This document shows positions 24,401 through 32,082 of a stretch of 64,000 nucleotides of DNA, one piece after another. The position numbers were made by a program, and so were the translations under genes. The first letter of the stretch is position 1; each line of letters starts with the position of its first letter. The notes under the pieces were generated by a model. It was not told where the DNA came from and searched no databases. It saw nothing but the letters and a program-made list of their open reading frames with translations. This DNA comes from Alphaproteobacteria bacterium (lineage in GTDB: Bacteria; Pseudomonadota; Alphaproteobacteria; RF32; CAG-239), in contig JAFUSH010000052.1 of the NCBI GenBank assembly GCA_017471705.1, positions 14,869 to 78,868 on the forward strand, in the 5' to 3' direction.

Positions 24401-27400
24401 GAAAACGCTTTGCGTGACGCTGATAAAATGAGCGGCAATTTGCTTGATTTGCTTGATATGGAGGCAGATATTGACAGCGCAGCAAACAGACGCTTTTTGA
24501 ACGCATTTTTTGCCGAAGTTGTGCCGACGGCCGAACGCAATGCTTATTTGGATAAAGACGATAAGATTACACGCAAAGGTGTTGAGCGCGTTGAAAATGC
24601 TATTGTGGCCAAGTTATTACCTGACGCCAGAATGCTCTCAATCTTGGTGGAAAATCCTGACAATAATATCCGCAAAGTTACAAAAGAGTTAGCAAAGGCT
24701 GCGCCGGCAATTATCTCGTTTGAGAATGATATTGCCGCCGGCCGGATCAATGCTGATTATTCTATTGCCGGTGATGTTACAGGCGCGGTGGATTTACTCA
24801 AACGCGCAAAGGATCGCAATGTTACGGCAGCAGAGTTTATTGCTATGCGTGATATGTTTGAAGAGCCGATTTCCTCAAGCACGCAAAATATGGTGCAACT
24901 CTTTGAAAAATCTACCGGTGCGACTGATTTCCTCAACAAGATCCGCAGCTATATCCGGCAAGCCGGCGAACAAGGCGATATGAGCCAAGATAATATGTTT
25001 GGTATGCAGCCGGTGAGCAAAACGGAATTATTGGATAATTTGGCCAGACAAGAGAGTTTGTTTCAATTCGCCGGTGTGAAAGCACAAACCGCAGCGATGG
25101 ATCAGCTTGAACAAGCCAAGCGGCTTGAGGCTCAAGGTGTTGACGCTGAACAGATCCGGCAGCAAACAGGTTGGTTTAAGGGTGCTGATGGTAAATACAG
25201 ATTTGAAATATCTGATAAAGATCTTAGTATTGGTGAAAAGTATCACAGCGCAAAATGGAGATCAGAACACCTTGTTTATGCAGGTCTTAGTCACAATCTT
25301 GATGGCATTATAAAACACGATAAATTATTTGCCGCATATCCGCATTTACGGAAGTTGCAAGTTGAATTTTCTTTCCAGTTACCGGAGGGTGTTTTAGGTA
25401 ATTATGAAGACAATCGTATTACGCTTTCAAATAAAATGGATCAGTCGCAAACACTTTCAGTTTTAATGCATGAAGTGCAGCACGCAATACAGGAATATGA
25501 GAACTTTGCGCGTGGTGGTAATAGTAACACGATAGCAGAACAAATTGAGTATTATAAAGAAGTTATCCGTCGGTATAATACTTCGGCTGACGCGGTAGAG
25601 CTTGAGAATGCTATCGATAACTATGAATTTATTGGTGACGTTATCAATACAATAGAGGTATCAGAAAAACCTGAAAAAGTCATGAAAAAAGCATGGTATC
25701 GTGAGCATGTATTTGGCACGCCAAGAGGCAAAGCAGCTAAGGCTTTCTTGCAAGAAAAAGCTCAAAACTATATTGACGATTTGCGCGATAAATATAAAGC
25801 CGCTGGCAATGTTGTTTATATGGATTATCTTGATATTCTGCAAAATGGCAACATGAACGATCTGAAAAAGCAATATAAATCTATTCAGGCCAGAATTAAA
25901 CGTTTGCGCGAAAAAGCTTTTCCGAAAGAATATACAGCTGCACATGAGTGGATTGCTCGGTTTGAGGACGGTAAATTGAGTAGCCAAGAGTTATATAAGC
26001 GCTTGGCCGGTGAAATAGAGGCACGCAATACACAAGCACGCCTTAATATGACGGAAGAAGAACGTAAAGCAACGTCACCGGAAAGCACTCAAGATGTGAA
26101 AAATGCTGACGCTATTGTTGTATTTGATGACGGCACGGCGATGGATTATGAGCCTAAAACTCAACGTAAAGGCCATAAAGTGCATAGTGTTTTTGATTTA
26201 AGAGTTGGCGATAAGACGGCAATCGGTGATGTGCAAGAAATTAACGCCGAAAACCGCACAATCAAAATCAATGATAAATTACACTCTATGCTTATGCTTG
26301 ATACGCAGATACAGTATAAAGGCTTAACTGTATATGATAGCCAAGAGCAAAAAGAGGTTGTTGATATGCCGGAAGAACAAACGCCGGCAGATGTTAAAAA
26401 GGCAACCGGTGATCTATCGGTTATAAAGGAACAAAAAAAACATAATACTGAATATAACAAAGCGGCGATAGAATATTTTGGCCTAACAAATAAACTTTCG
26501 GAAACCGGATATATTTTGACTGACGGTAACCTTTTGGATTTGAGCGGCAAAAATTTTGGCGGATCGCCGAATATCAGATCACTTGATCATAGAGATGTGT
26601 TAAAACCTTTAGAGCCGTGGCACGCTAAAATGGAAGAATTTATCAATTCGGGTAATATTCGCTATTTACCAGAGGGGGATAAATTACTTATGAGCAATAT
26701 GCCGACGCCGGCACAGCTCAAGGTTATTGAGCGTATTATTGATAAAACTGGCGGCAATATTACGATTGAGTTAATGGGCGACGCTAACCGTTGGGGAATG
26801 AATAAAAATGATTTCTACAATGAATATACAAACACATCATTTAATCAAGTAAAGCGTGATATAAATGCTTTTTATAAAGGTGATGGTGTGCGTGAAATTA
26901 CGCGGTATTATCAAAAAACACCGGTAACAAACGCCAAAATCGCCAAGCTACAAGAGGGTTTGCAACAGTGGGAAAAGTATCTTGCCGAAGTTGTTGAGCC
27001 GAATAAATACGGTTGGTATGCTGACGCAGTGGAAGATAACCGGAAAAACGCAAAGCGCAAGATTGCTCAATTTAAGAAAGAGATTAAAAAAGAGCAAGAA
27101 AAAGCCGCCGTGCCGGTTGGCGAAAAGTTGTATGCAACGCATAACATGAGTTTGGCCGGTGTTAAAGGCGCATTAAATCTTGGCGGTTTAGCTATGCCAT
27201 CACTTGCTTTACGGAAAGTATCACAAGGGAATATCAATCAATTTGGCGACATTGTTTTTGTGGCTAATGAGAAAATGGTTGAGCCAAGTCGAACAACGGA
27301 TATTTTTGACCGTGACGCATGGACACCAAGCATTGCTAATTCTATGCGCTACGAATTACTGCCAAGCGGTAATACATTTATAAAGAATGTGTTGGCTAAA

Positions 27401-30400
27401 GTCGGCAGAGAAAATGAGCTGTCGGTATTTGTGTATAATATCAGCGACAATCTCGATACGCCAAAAAGTAATGATATGGCACTGGAATTATATGCACTTG
27501 ACAAGGGAATTGAGCTTGATCCTTATGAAACGCTACACAGCCAAGAATATCTTGACTGGTATGATGAAAATATTATGGGTAATTCAGAGCCATATTTATG
27601 GACTGAAAATGCTAGTAATACGGACATGGTGGCCAAGAAATTCACGCTTGATAATATCATGAAGATCTTAAAAAAACAGGAACGCGCAGGCGGCGGCTTT
27701 TTAGGTGATCAGGTTTTCAGCGCAAGAAATTTGCTTAACTTTATGGCTAAAAAATATAAAAATCTTGACGAAGTGCGCAAAGATAAGCACAAACTTGTAT
27801 CTGCCGAAGAGCAAAATGCTTTCTTTCAAAAGATTGATGAGAGATTTTGGGATTTGGCCGCAGAGCTTAAACTTGAAGATCGTGACTATAATTACGGCAG
27901 CGATCGCATGGGGTTGGCTGTTGCGGCTATCAATGCGGACAATGGCGATGATGTTATTAAAAAACGCTTAGCCGGATATTATCTTGACACTTCTGACGCA
28001 GCAGTGGCTAAAGTTAAAGAATTTAGCAATATGATGAAAGAGGTATTAACCGATTATTTTGAGGTTAAACCGCGTCGTGTTGTCAATTTTAGTGAGTTTT
28101 CCGGTGTAATTATACCGGAAGGCAAGGAATATGACGACGTGGCCAAGCAGCTTGAGCAGGAATATATTACGGTTGAGCGCGTTAAAAAAGGTGACACCGC
28201 TGATTATGAGCGCGCTTTAATGAATATCCAAGCGAATGCTGAAACAACGTTTTTCCAAAATCAAAAGATTGATATGGAGGCGTTGGGTGCATATACGCCG
28301 GCAGAGCGCAAGATCACTCTTTTCCGCAACAACAATCTTTCAACGCTTATTCATGAAAGCGGCCACTATTGGCTTGATATGTTGCAGCAATTTGCGCAAC
28401 TGCCGACAGCCAGTGAAAAGCTGAAAAATGATTGGGCAACCGTTAAAAATTGGCTCGGCGTTGGCGACGATAACGTGGTCACAGAAGAGCAGCACGAAAA
28501 ATTTGCGCGCGGCGTTGAAAAGTATTTTTTGACACGTAAAGCACCATCTGCCGGCTTAGCCAAAATATTTGACACTTTCCGGCGGTGGCTCGTTTCGGTG
28601 TATAAAGATGTGAAAGAGCTTGACGTTGATTTGAATGATGATGTTGAGCGCGTTTTTGATCACATGCTCGCAAGTGAAAGTGAGATTGAAGAGTATGCAC
28701 AAGCGCAGCAATTTGCCGACATGATGGAGGCAAGCACCAAAGGCTTAAGCAAAGCAGATCTTGAAAAGTATGCAACGCTTACCGAACAGGCAATGACAAT
28801 GGCCAAGGATAAACACTTGACGGATAAGGTGGCTTTAATCCTGAAAGAAGAAACGGAGGCCTACAAAGAAAAGCAGCAGCAGCTTAAAGATCAGGTTTTG
28901 GAAGAGTGGAGCAAGGATAACACAAACAAAGCTGTTTATATTCTGGTGACAGGCGAAGTGCCGCACGGTCACTTAGATATTAAGATCAATACAGAAGAGC
29001 TGCGCAATTTGCTTGGTGAAAACTTTGATAAATATGCGACTTTTGGCGGCCGGCCGATTTTTGCCGATGACGGCATAAGTTTGACTGATTTGCAGGAATT
29101 TACCGGATTAACAAAAGATCAGGTAAAGGCTGCGCTTTTGACAGCGCGGCAGCGTATGCGTAACTTTAAGCAAGCACTACAACGCCGCACGCATGAGGAG
29201 CTTGGCGATCCGGTAACCTATGATGATGTGCAAAAGCAGGTGATTGCTGCTTATTATAACGATAAGCGCGCGCAACTGTTGGATTTGGATCTGAAAAGTT
29301 TGGCCGGCGATAACGCAAAGCGACAAGCTGTATCTACACAAGGCTTTAAGAAGTGGGCAACCGACACAATCAGCCGGATTGCAATTAAAGACTTAAACCC
29401 TGAACAATACAGCAGAGCCATGCAATTTGCCGGTGATAAGGCGATGGCTGCACTTAATCACGGACAGCGTGACTTAGCTTATAGGTTTAAAATTCAGCAG
29501 ATCCGCAATTTTGTGCTGTTTCGTGAGGCTAAAGACAGACAGGCCGAAGTTGAAAGCACACTGCGCCGGTTGAAGCAGATCGGCAAGCAGGAAGTCAACC
29601 ACGATATTGATCAGGTTTATCAAGACGCCGTGCGCGCACTCTTAAGCCGCTTTACTCTCTCCAGAGCCTTAACGCAAAAGGCAAAAGAACGGCTTGGTAA
29701 TTTGAGCGCATGGATCTTGGAGCAACGCAGCAACGGCTATGATATTGTTGTGCCGGCAGATTTGTTGGAGAAAAACAACGGCACAAGCTATGCAGAGCTG
29801 ACGGTTGATGAATTTCTGACACTTGGTGAAAGCGTCAAAAGTTTGGTCACAAACGGCCGCGCAATCAAACAATTTGAGCTTGAGGGTGAACTGATTGAAA
29901 GATCTAAACTTTTGAATGAGTTTGCCGCGCAACTGCGTAAAACATACAAAGGCCGCGATATTCAACGCACCGGTAAAAAACATTTTAAGGGTATATCTGA
30001 AATGCTTGCACCGGCCGACGCAGCAATCGTGATGTTTGGTGATTTATCTAACCGGATTGACGGCTATGACACAAACGGTGTTTTTCACCGGTTATTCTTA
30101 CGGCCGATGACGGAGAGCCAAAACAGAGAAAATGAACTGCTGCGGCTCTACGGTGGCAAGATGAAAGAGCTGCAAGAGGCATTACCGGAATGGGTAAAAA
30201 AGCAGTTGTTTGAGAATGTGGCGGGCGCAAAAGATGTGCTTGGCGCGGATTATACGCGCGGCGAATTGATAAGCATTGCCTTAAATATGGGTAACTTAAG
30301 CAACCTGCAGCGTTTGCAAGACGGTAATGGATTTTCTGACGAACAGCTTGCATGGGTGGCCGGCACGTTAAGTCAAGAAGAATGGGATTATATTCAAGGT

Positions 30401-31996
30401 GTATGGGACACGCTTGAAAGTATGTATCCTATGCTTGCAGAGCACCATAAAAAAATGAGCGGCTTGGACATGGATCATGTTTTAGCCTCTCCGGTGGTCA
30501 CGCCGTATGGTGTTTATAAAGGCGGTTATTTTCCGTTGTTCTACGACAGATCGGCTGAAATAGAGGCGCGACGCAATAACAGTTTAGAGCAAGCACTGCT
30601 TGAAAGTGATTACGGCCGCGCAACAACAAGCGCCGGATATACAAAACAACGTCAAAACATTGTTAAAGAGGCGGTTAAGTTTGATCTTGGATTGATACAG
30701 CGGCATTTAGCAAGCGCAATTCATGATCTGGCTTGGCGCGGTAATATCCGGCAGATGTGGAATATGGCGAATAATCCTGAATTTATGGCCACAATGGACG
30801 GCTATTTACATGAAAGCTATCGGCAGCAGCTTATGAAGTTAATCAAAGATTTGGCAAACTCTACAAACAGAGAGGCTAGAGAGATGACTTTTGCTGAACG
30901 TATGGCGCGCAACATGCGTGTTGCACGCACCACAATCGGCTTAGGCTTTAGGGTTAAGACTGCGGTTAAGCAGCTCACCGGTTTTGCTCAATCTACGGCT
31001 ATTATGAAACGCTACGGCCATAAAAATAAAGGCAAGCACAGCGGCACATATTGGCTCGTTAAAGGCACAAAGGCTTTCGCAAGCGATAAAGCGACACGTG
31101 AATGGTGCTTGGCAAACAGCGGAGAGCTGCGCACGCGCTTGAATAACATGGACGCAAATATTGCGGAGGCCATGAAAGGTGTTGCCTCAAAGCAATCTAA
31201 ACTGCAGAAGATCGATGAAAGCATTTATAATGCCGCCTTTTGGGCAATCGGCAAGGTTGATGTTTTCACTGCAGAGAGCACTTGGTATGGCGCATATTTG
31301 CAGGCAATCAATGACTTTGGCTATAAACATAAGGACGCGGTATTTTATGCCGACAGAGTTATGATTGAAAGTCAAGGCTCCGGTAACCTGAAAGATAAGC
31401 CGGCTATGCAACGCAAAAACGAATGGGAAAAAATGTTTTTGATGTTTTACTCACCGTTTAGCGGTATGTATGGCTTATGGACTTCGGTCATGCGTGACAT
31501 ACGCGATGGTAAAGAACGCAGCAAAGCACTTGCTGATTTGGCGGTGGCTATGTGTCTGCCGGCTTGGCTTGACGCATTGGTTGACGGTGATCAACCGGAC
31601 GGCGATGATGATTTGGCTGAATGGTTAAAATTCTTCTTGCTGCGGCCGATAATGTTTTGGGCGTCAACAATGCCGATCACGAGAGATTTAGCAAGCTACT
31701 TTGAATTTGGCCGCGCTCAAGGCTTTTTCGGTGATACATTTAAGGCAATAGCAGATCTGCCGAAAGTTATCACAAGCGATAAATGGACAGCCGGCAAGCG
31801 TGTTAATACAGTGATGAACGCAACAGCGCAAATTGCCGGCACGCTCGGATATAATATACCGATCGGAGGACAGCTCGCTGACTGGACGCAATGGCTGACA
31901 GATGTGGCCGCCGGTAATATCAAAATCGAAAGTCCTATGAATGTGATCTGGGGCGTTTGGCGTGGTAAAGACGGCAAGCCGCAAGATAAAAAATAA
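21446..31996 (+). CDS. giant polyvalent internal virion / ejection protein (3516 aa; T7 gp16 slot)
   Basis: Single uninterrupted ORF. ATG at 21446 follows a GGAGAAAATAAA RBS region and the previous stop. Gly-zipper hydrophobic block at ~22189-22340. ParB-like ...NYPQELQPRDRSR...VAVGNGRAMAI at ~23935-24325. Zincin motifs HEVQH (25469-25483) and HESGH (28352-28366). Confidence 0.85.
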   Translation: MGVFDEIKQQEQQSLNTSDQASDQAAAPVLTENVFAPVATDSQTMKDNQIQVFSRDWRQQSDDDMEQHIAAGFIKREDADPVRWKSAIETAKGLGYDEKSYDLIYDDLPEYQKQWKEKELRRYYDNCDTMKNMCITDKNFLNTLDDKTAKDLYDINFNLAVYGQPNEPNAVWAFGQRVAYQTGRSEKSIQTGKLAGNIRGKRGDERAAAIAAWRKEHDQLIRMPEIDTSGYGVEDFVMAAADQLPIMARTTGAVVGGTLAGGAAGAGVGSAVPVVGTAAGGVAGAKAGWVAGNALAAYESYQIEANSMTESLLDITDKDGLPLEDWVVDGASYAYGAIAAAIELVPMKAVTNTIPGMKNITKVGIKQALKEAVKDKTKRQVIMQIIKDYGLAVAGESAEEAAQQFTQAEFTRGAKALMNALYDTSFEQQSFANDLAESAEAAIQAGKATAVMAGASSATRVRPELRTWQRDQEAKQLKRGQEVKAQYDAQRMDEVAEAAQSYMQKPSAERATLKKYMQQAKNSSVYQDIYMSADDARAVMISEAVQKNKAALQESGLYDDIERQIEQADQLGTPVRIAFETFGSEIMASQELYAAFKDVIKTYENGITMQELRVEAEQRQQVRNNIEKAAKDNASDYEYAYQYILEQEVAGGIDQQRRGYTAEMLAKVMTYMAKETKQPINEVMAKYAPSFERSFDGSVGGGQTVQDIISTIRKSAQDKEVQNLMKRAGELGKRDARKIAKILGKHLDNAAAGDVQQFMRVVNAIGDMKLNIEAMTDEDIANSLDSYTKSGDVQLNIKRDDADRVKSGIFSASEKALSDIQANGQDSDYVVVGGGRIPVQYQIVELNNMITSHDDAGAVNENYPQELQPRDRSRSASDTQIASIVNNFAPERVGQAEIATEGAPIVTPEGFVAVGNGRAMAIRQVYKNAEKAQAYKDYLAGKGYDLNGFEQPVLVRRLAIEMNNEQLKALVDDANTAGTMQYSDSENALRDADKMSGNLLDLLDMEADIDSAANRRFLNAFFAEVVPTAERNAYLDKDDKITRKGVERVENAIVAKLLPDARMLSILVENPDNNIRKVTKELAKAAPAIISFENDIAAGRINADYSIAGDVTGAVDLLKRAKDRNVTAAEFIAMRDMFEEPISSSTQNMVQLFEKSTGATDFLNKIRSYIRQAGEQGDMSQDNMFGMQPVSKTELLDNLARQESLFQFAGVKAQTAAMDQLEQAKRLEAQGVDAEQIRQQTGWFKGADGKYRFEISDKDLSIGEKYHSAKWRSEHLVYAGLSHNLDGIIKHDKLFAAYPHLRKLQVEFSFQLPEGVLGNYEDNRITLSNKMDQSQTLSVLMHEVQHAIQEYENFARGGNSNTIAEQIEYYKEVIRRYNTSADAVELENAIDNYEFIGDVINTIEVSEKPEKVMKKAWYREHVFGTPRGKAAKAFLQEKAQNYIDDLRDKYKAAGNVVYMDYLDILQNGNMNDLKKQYKSIQARIKRLREKAFPKEYTAAHEWIARFEDGKLSSQELYKRLAGEIEARNTQARLNMTEEERKATSPESTQDVKNADAIVVFDDGTAMDYEPKTQRKGHKVHSVFDLRVGDKTAIGDVQEINAENRTIKINDKLHSMLMLDTQIQYKGLTVYDSQEQKEVVDMPEEQTPADVKKATGDLSVIKEQKKHNTEYNKAAIEYFGLTNKLSETGYILTDGNLLDLSGKNFGGSPNIRSLDHRDVLKPLEPWHAKMEEFINSGNIRYLPEGDKLLMSNMPTPAQLKVIERIIDKTGGNITIELMGDANRWGMNKNDFYNEYTNTSFNQVKRDINAFYKGDGVREITRYYQKTPVTNAKIAKLQEGLQQWEKYLAEVVEPNKYGWYADAVEDNRKNAKRKIAQFKKEIKKEQEKAAVPVGEKLYATHNMSLAGVKGALNLGGLAMPSLALRKVSQGNINQFGDIVFVANEKMVEPSRTTDIFDRDAWTPSIANSMRYELLPSGNTFIKNVLAKVGRENELSVFVYNISDNLDTPKSNDMALELYALDKGIELDPYETLHSQEYLDWYDENIMGNSEPYLWTENASNTDMVAKKFTLDNIMKILKKQERAGGGFLGDQVFSARNLLNFMAKKYKNLDEVRKDKHKLVSAEEQNAFFQKIDERFWDLAAELKLEDRDYNYGSDRMGLAVAAINADNGDDVIKKRLAGYYLDTSDAAVAKVKEFSNMMKEVLTDYFEVKPRRVVNFSEFSGVIIPEGKEYDDVAKQLEQEYITVERVKKGDTADYERALMNIQANAETTFFQNQKIDMEALGAYTPAERKITLFRNNNLSTLIHESGHYWLDMLQQFAQLPTASEKLKNDWATVKNWLGVGDDNVVTEEQHEKFARGVEKYFLTRKAPSAGLAKIFDTFRRWLVSVYKDVKELDVDLNDDVERVFDHMLASESEIEEYAQAQQFADMMEASTKGLSKADLEKYATLTEQAMTMAKDKHLTDKVALILKEETEAYKEKQQQLKDQVLEEWSKDNTNKAVYILVTGEVPHGHLDIKINTEELRNLLGENFDKYATFGGRPIFADDGISLTDLQEFTGLTKDQVKAALLTARQRMRNFKQALQRRTHEELGDPVTYDDVQKQVIAAYYNDKRAQLLDLDLKSLAGDNAKRQAVSTQGFKKWATDTISRIAIKDLNPEQYSRAMQFAGDKAMAALNHGQRDLAYRFKIQQIRNFVLFREAKDRQAEVESTLRRLKQIGKQEVNHDIDQVYQDAVRALLSRFTLSRALTQKAKERLGNLSAWILEQRSNGYDIVVPADLLEKNNGTSYAELTVDEFLTLGESVKSLVTNGRAIKQFELEGELIERSKLLNEFAAQLRKTYKGRDIQRTGKKHFKGISEMLAPADAAIVMFGDLSNRIDGYDTNGVFHRLFLRPMTESQNRENELLRLYGGKMKELQEALPEWVKKQLFENVAGAKDVLGADYTRGELISIALNMGNLSNLQRLQDGNGFSDEQLAWVAGTLSQEEWDYIQGVWDTLESMYPMLAEHHKKMSGLDMDHVLASPVVTPYGVYKGGYFPLFYDRSAEIEARRNNSLEQALLESDYGRATTSAGYTKQRQNIVKEAVKFDLGLIQRHLASAIHDLAWRGNIRQMWNMANNPEFMATMDGYLHESYRQQLMKLIKDLANSTNREAREMTFAERMARNMRVARTTIGLGFRVKTAVKQLTGFAQSTAIMKRYGHKNKGKHSGTYWLVKGTKAFASDKATREWCLANSGELRTRLNNMDANIAEAMKGVASKQSKLQKIDESIYNAAFWAIGKVDVFTAESTWYGAYLQAINDFGYKHKDAVFYADRVMIESQGSGNLKDKPAMQRKNEWEKMFLMFYSPFSGMYGLWTSVMRDIRDGKERSKALADLAVAMCLPAWLDALVDGDQPDGDDDLAEWLKFFLLRPIMFWASTMPITRDLASYFEFGRAQGFFGDTFKAIADLPKVITSDKWTAGKRVNTVMNATAQIAGTLGYNIPIGGQLADWTQWLTDVAAGNIKIESPMNVIWGVWRGKDGKPQDKK

Positions 31997-32082
31997 AGTT
32001 TTCTCCTTGTTTATTATTATGAATTTTGTTGAACAACAGGGCGGTGGTGACACTGCCCTATTTTATTGAAAGGTAAAAAAAT

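Noticed and set aside
21533-31977. Many 60-190-aa ORFs on the minus strand and in alternative plus frames inside the giant gene (for example 21533-22096, 23114-23611, 26161-26550, 29669-29983).
   Set aside because: All are nested in one uninterrupted 10.55-kb ORF with coherent protein-like sequence. Their translations are Cys/Phe/Ile-rich low-complexity shadows with no RBS context.
21446-31996. Interpretation of the 3516-aa protein as an N4-like virion RNA polymerase.
   Set aside because: Its size is similar, but I see no single-subunit RNAP motifs. It sits in the T7 gp16 slot after the gp14/gp15-like genes and carries zincin and ParB-like modules typical of polyvalent effector proteins.
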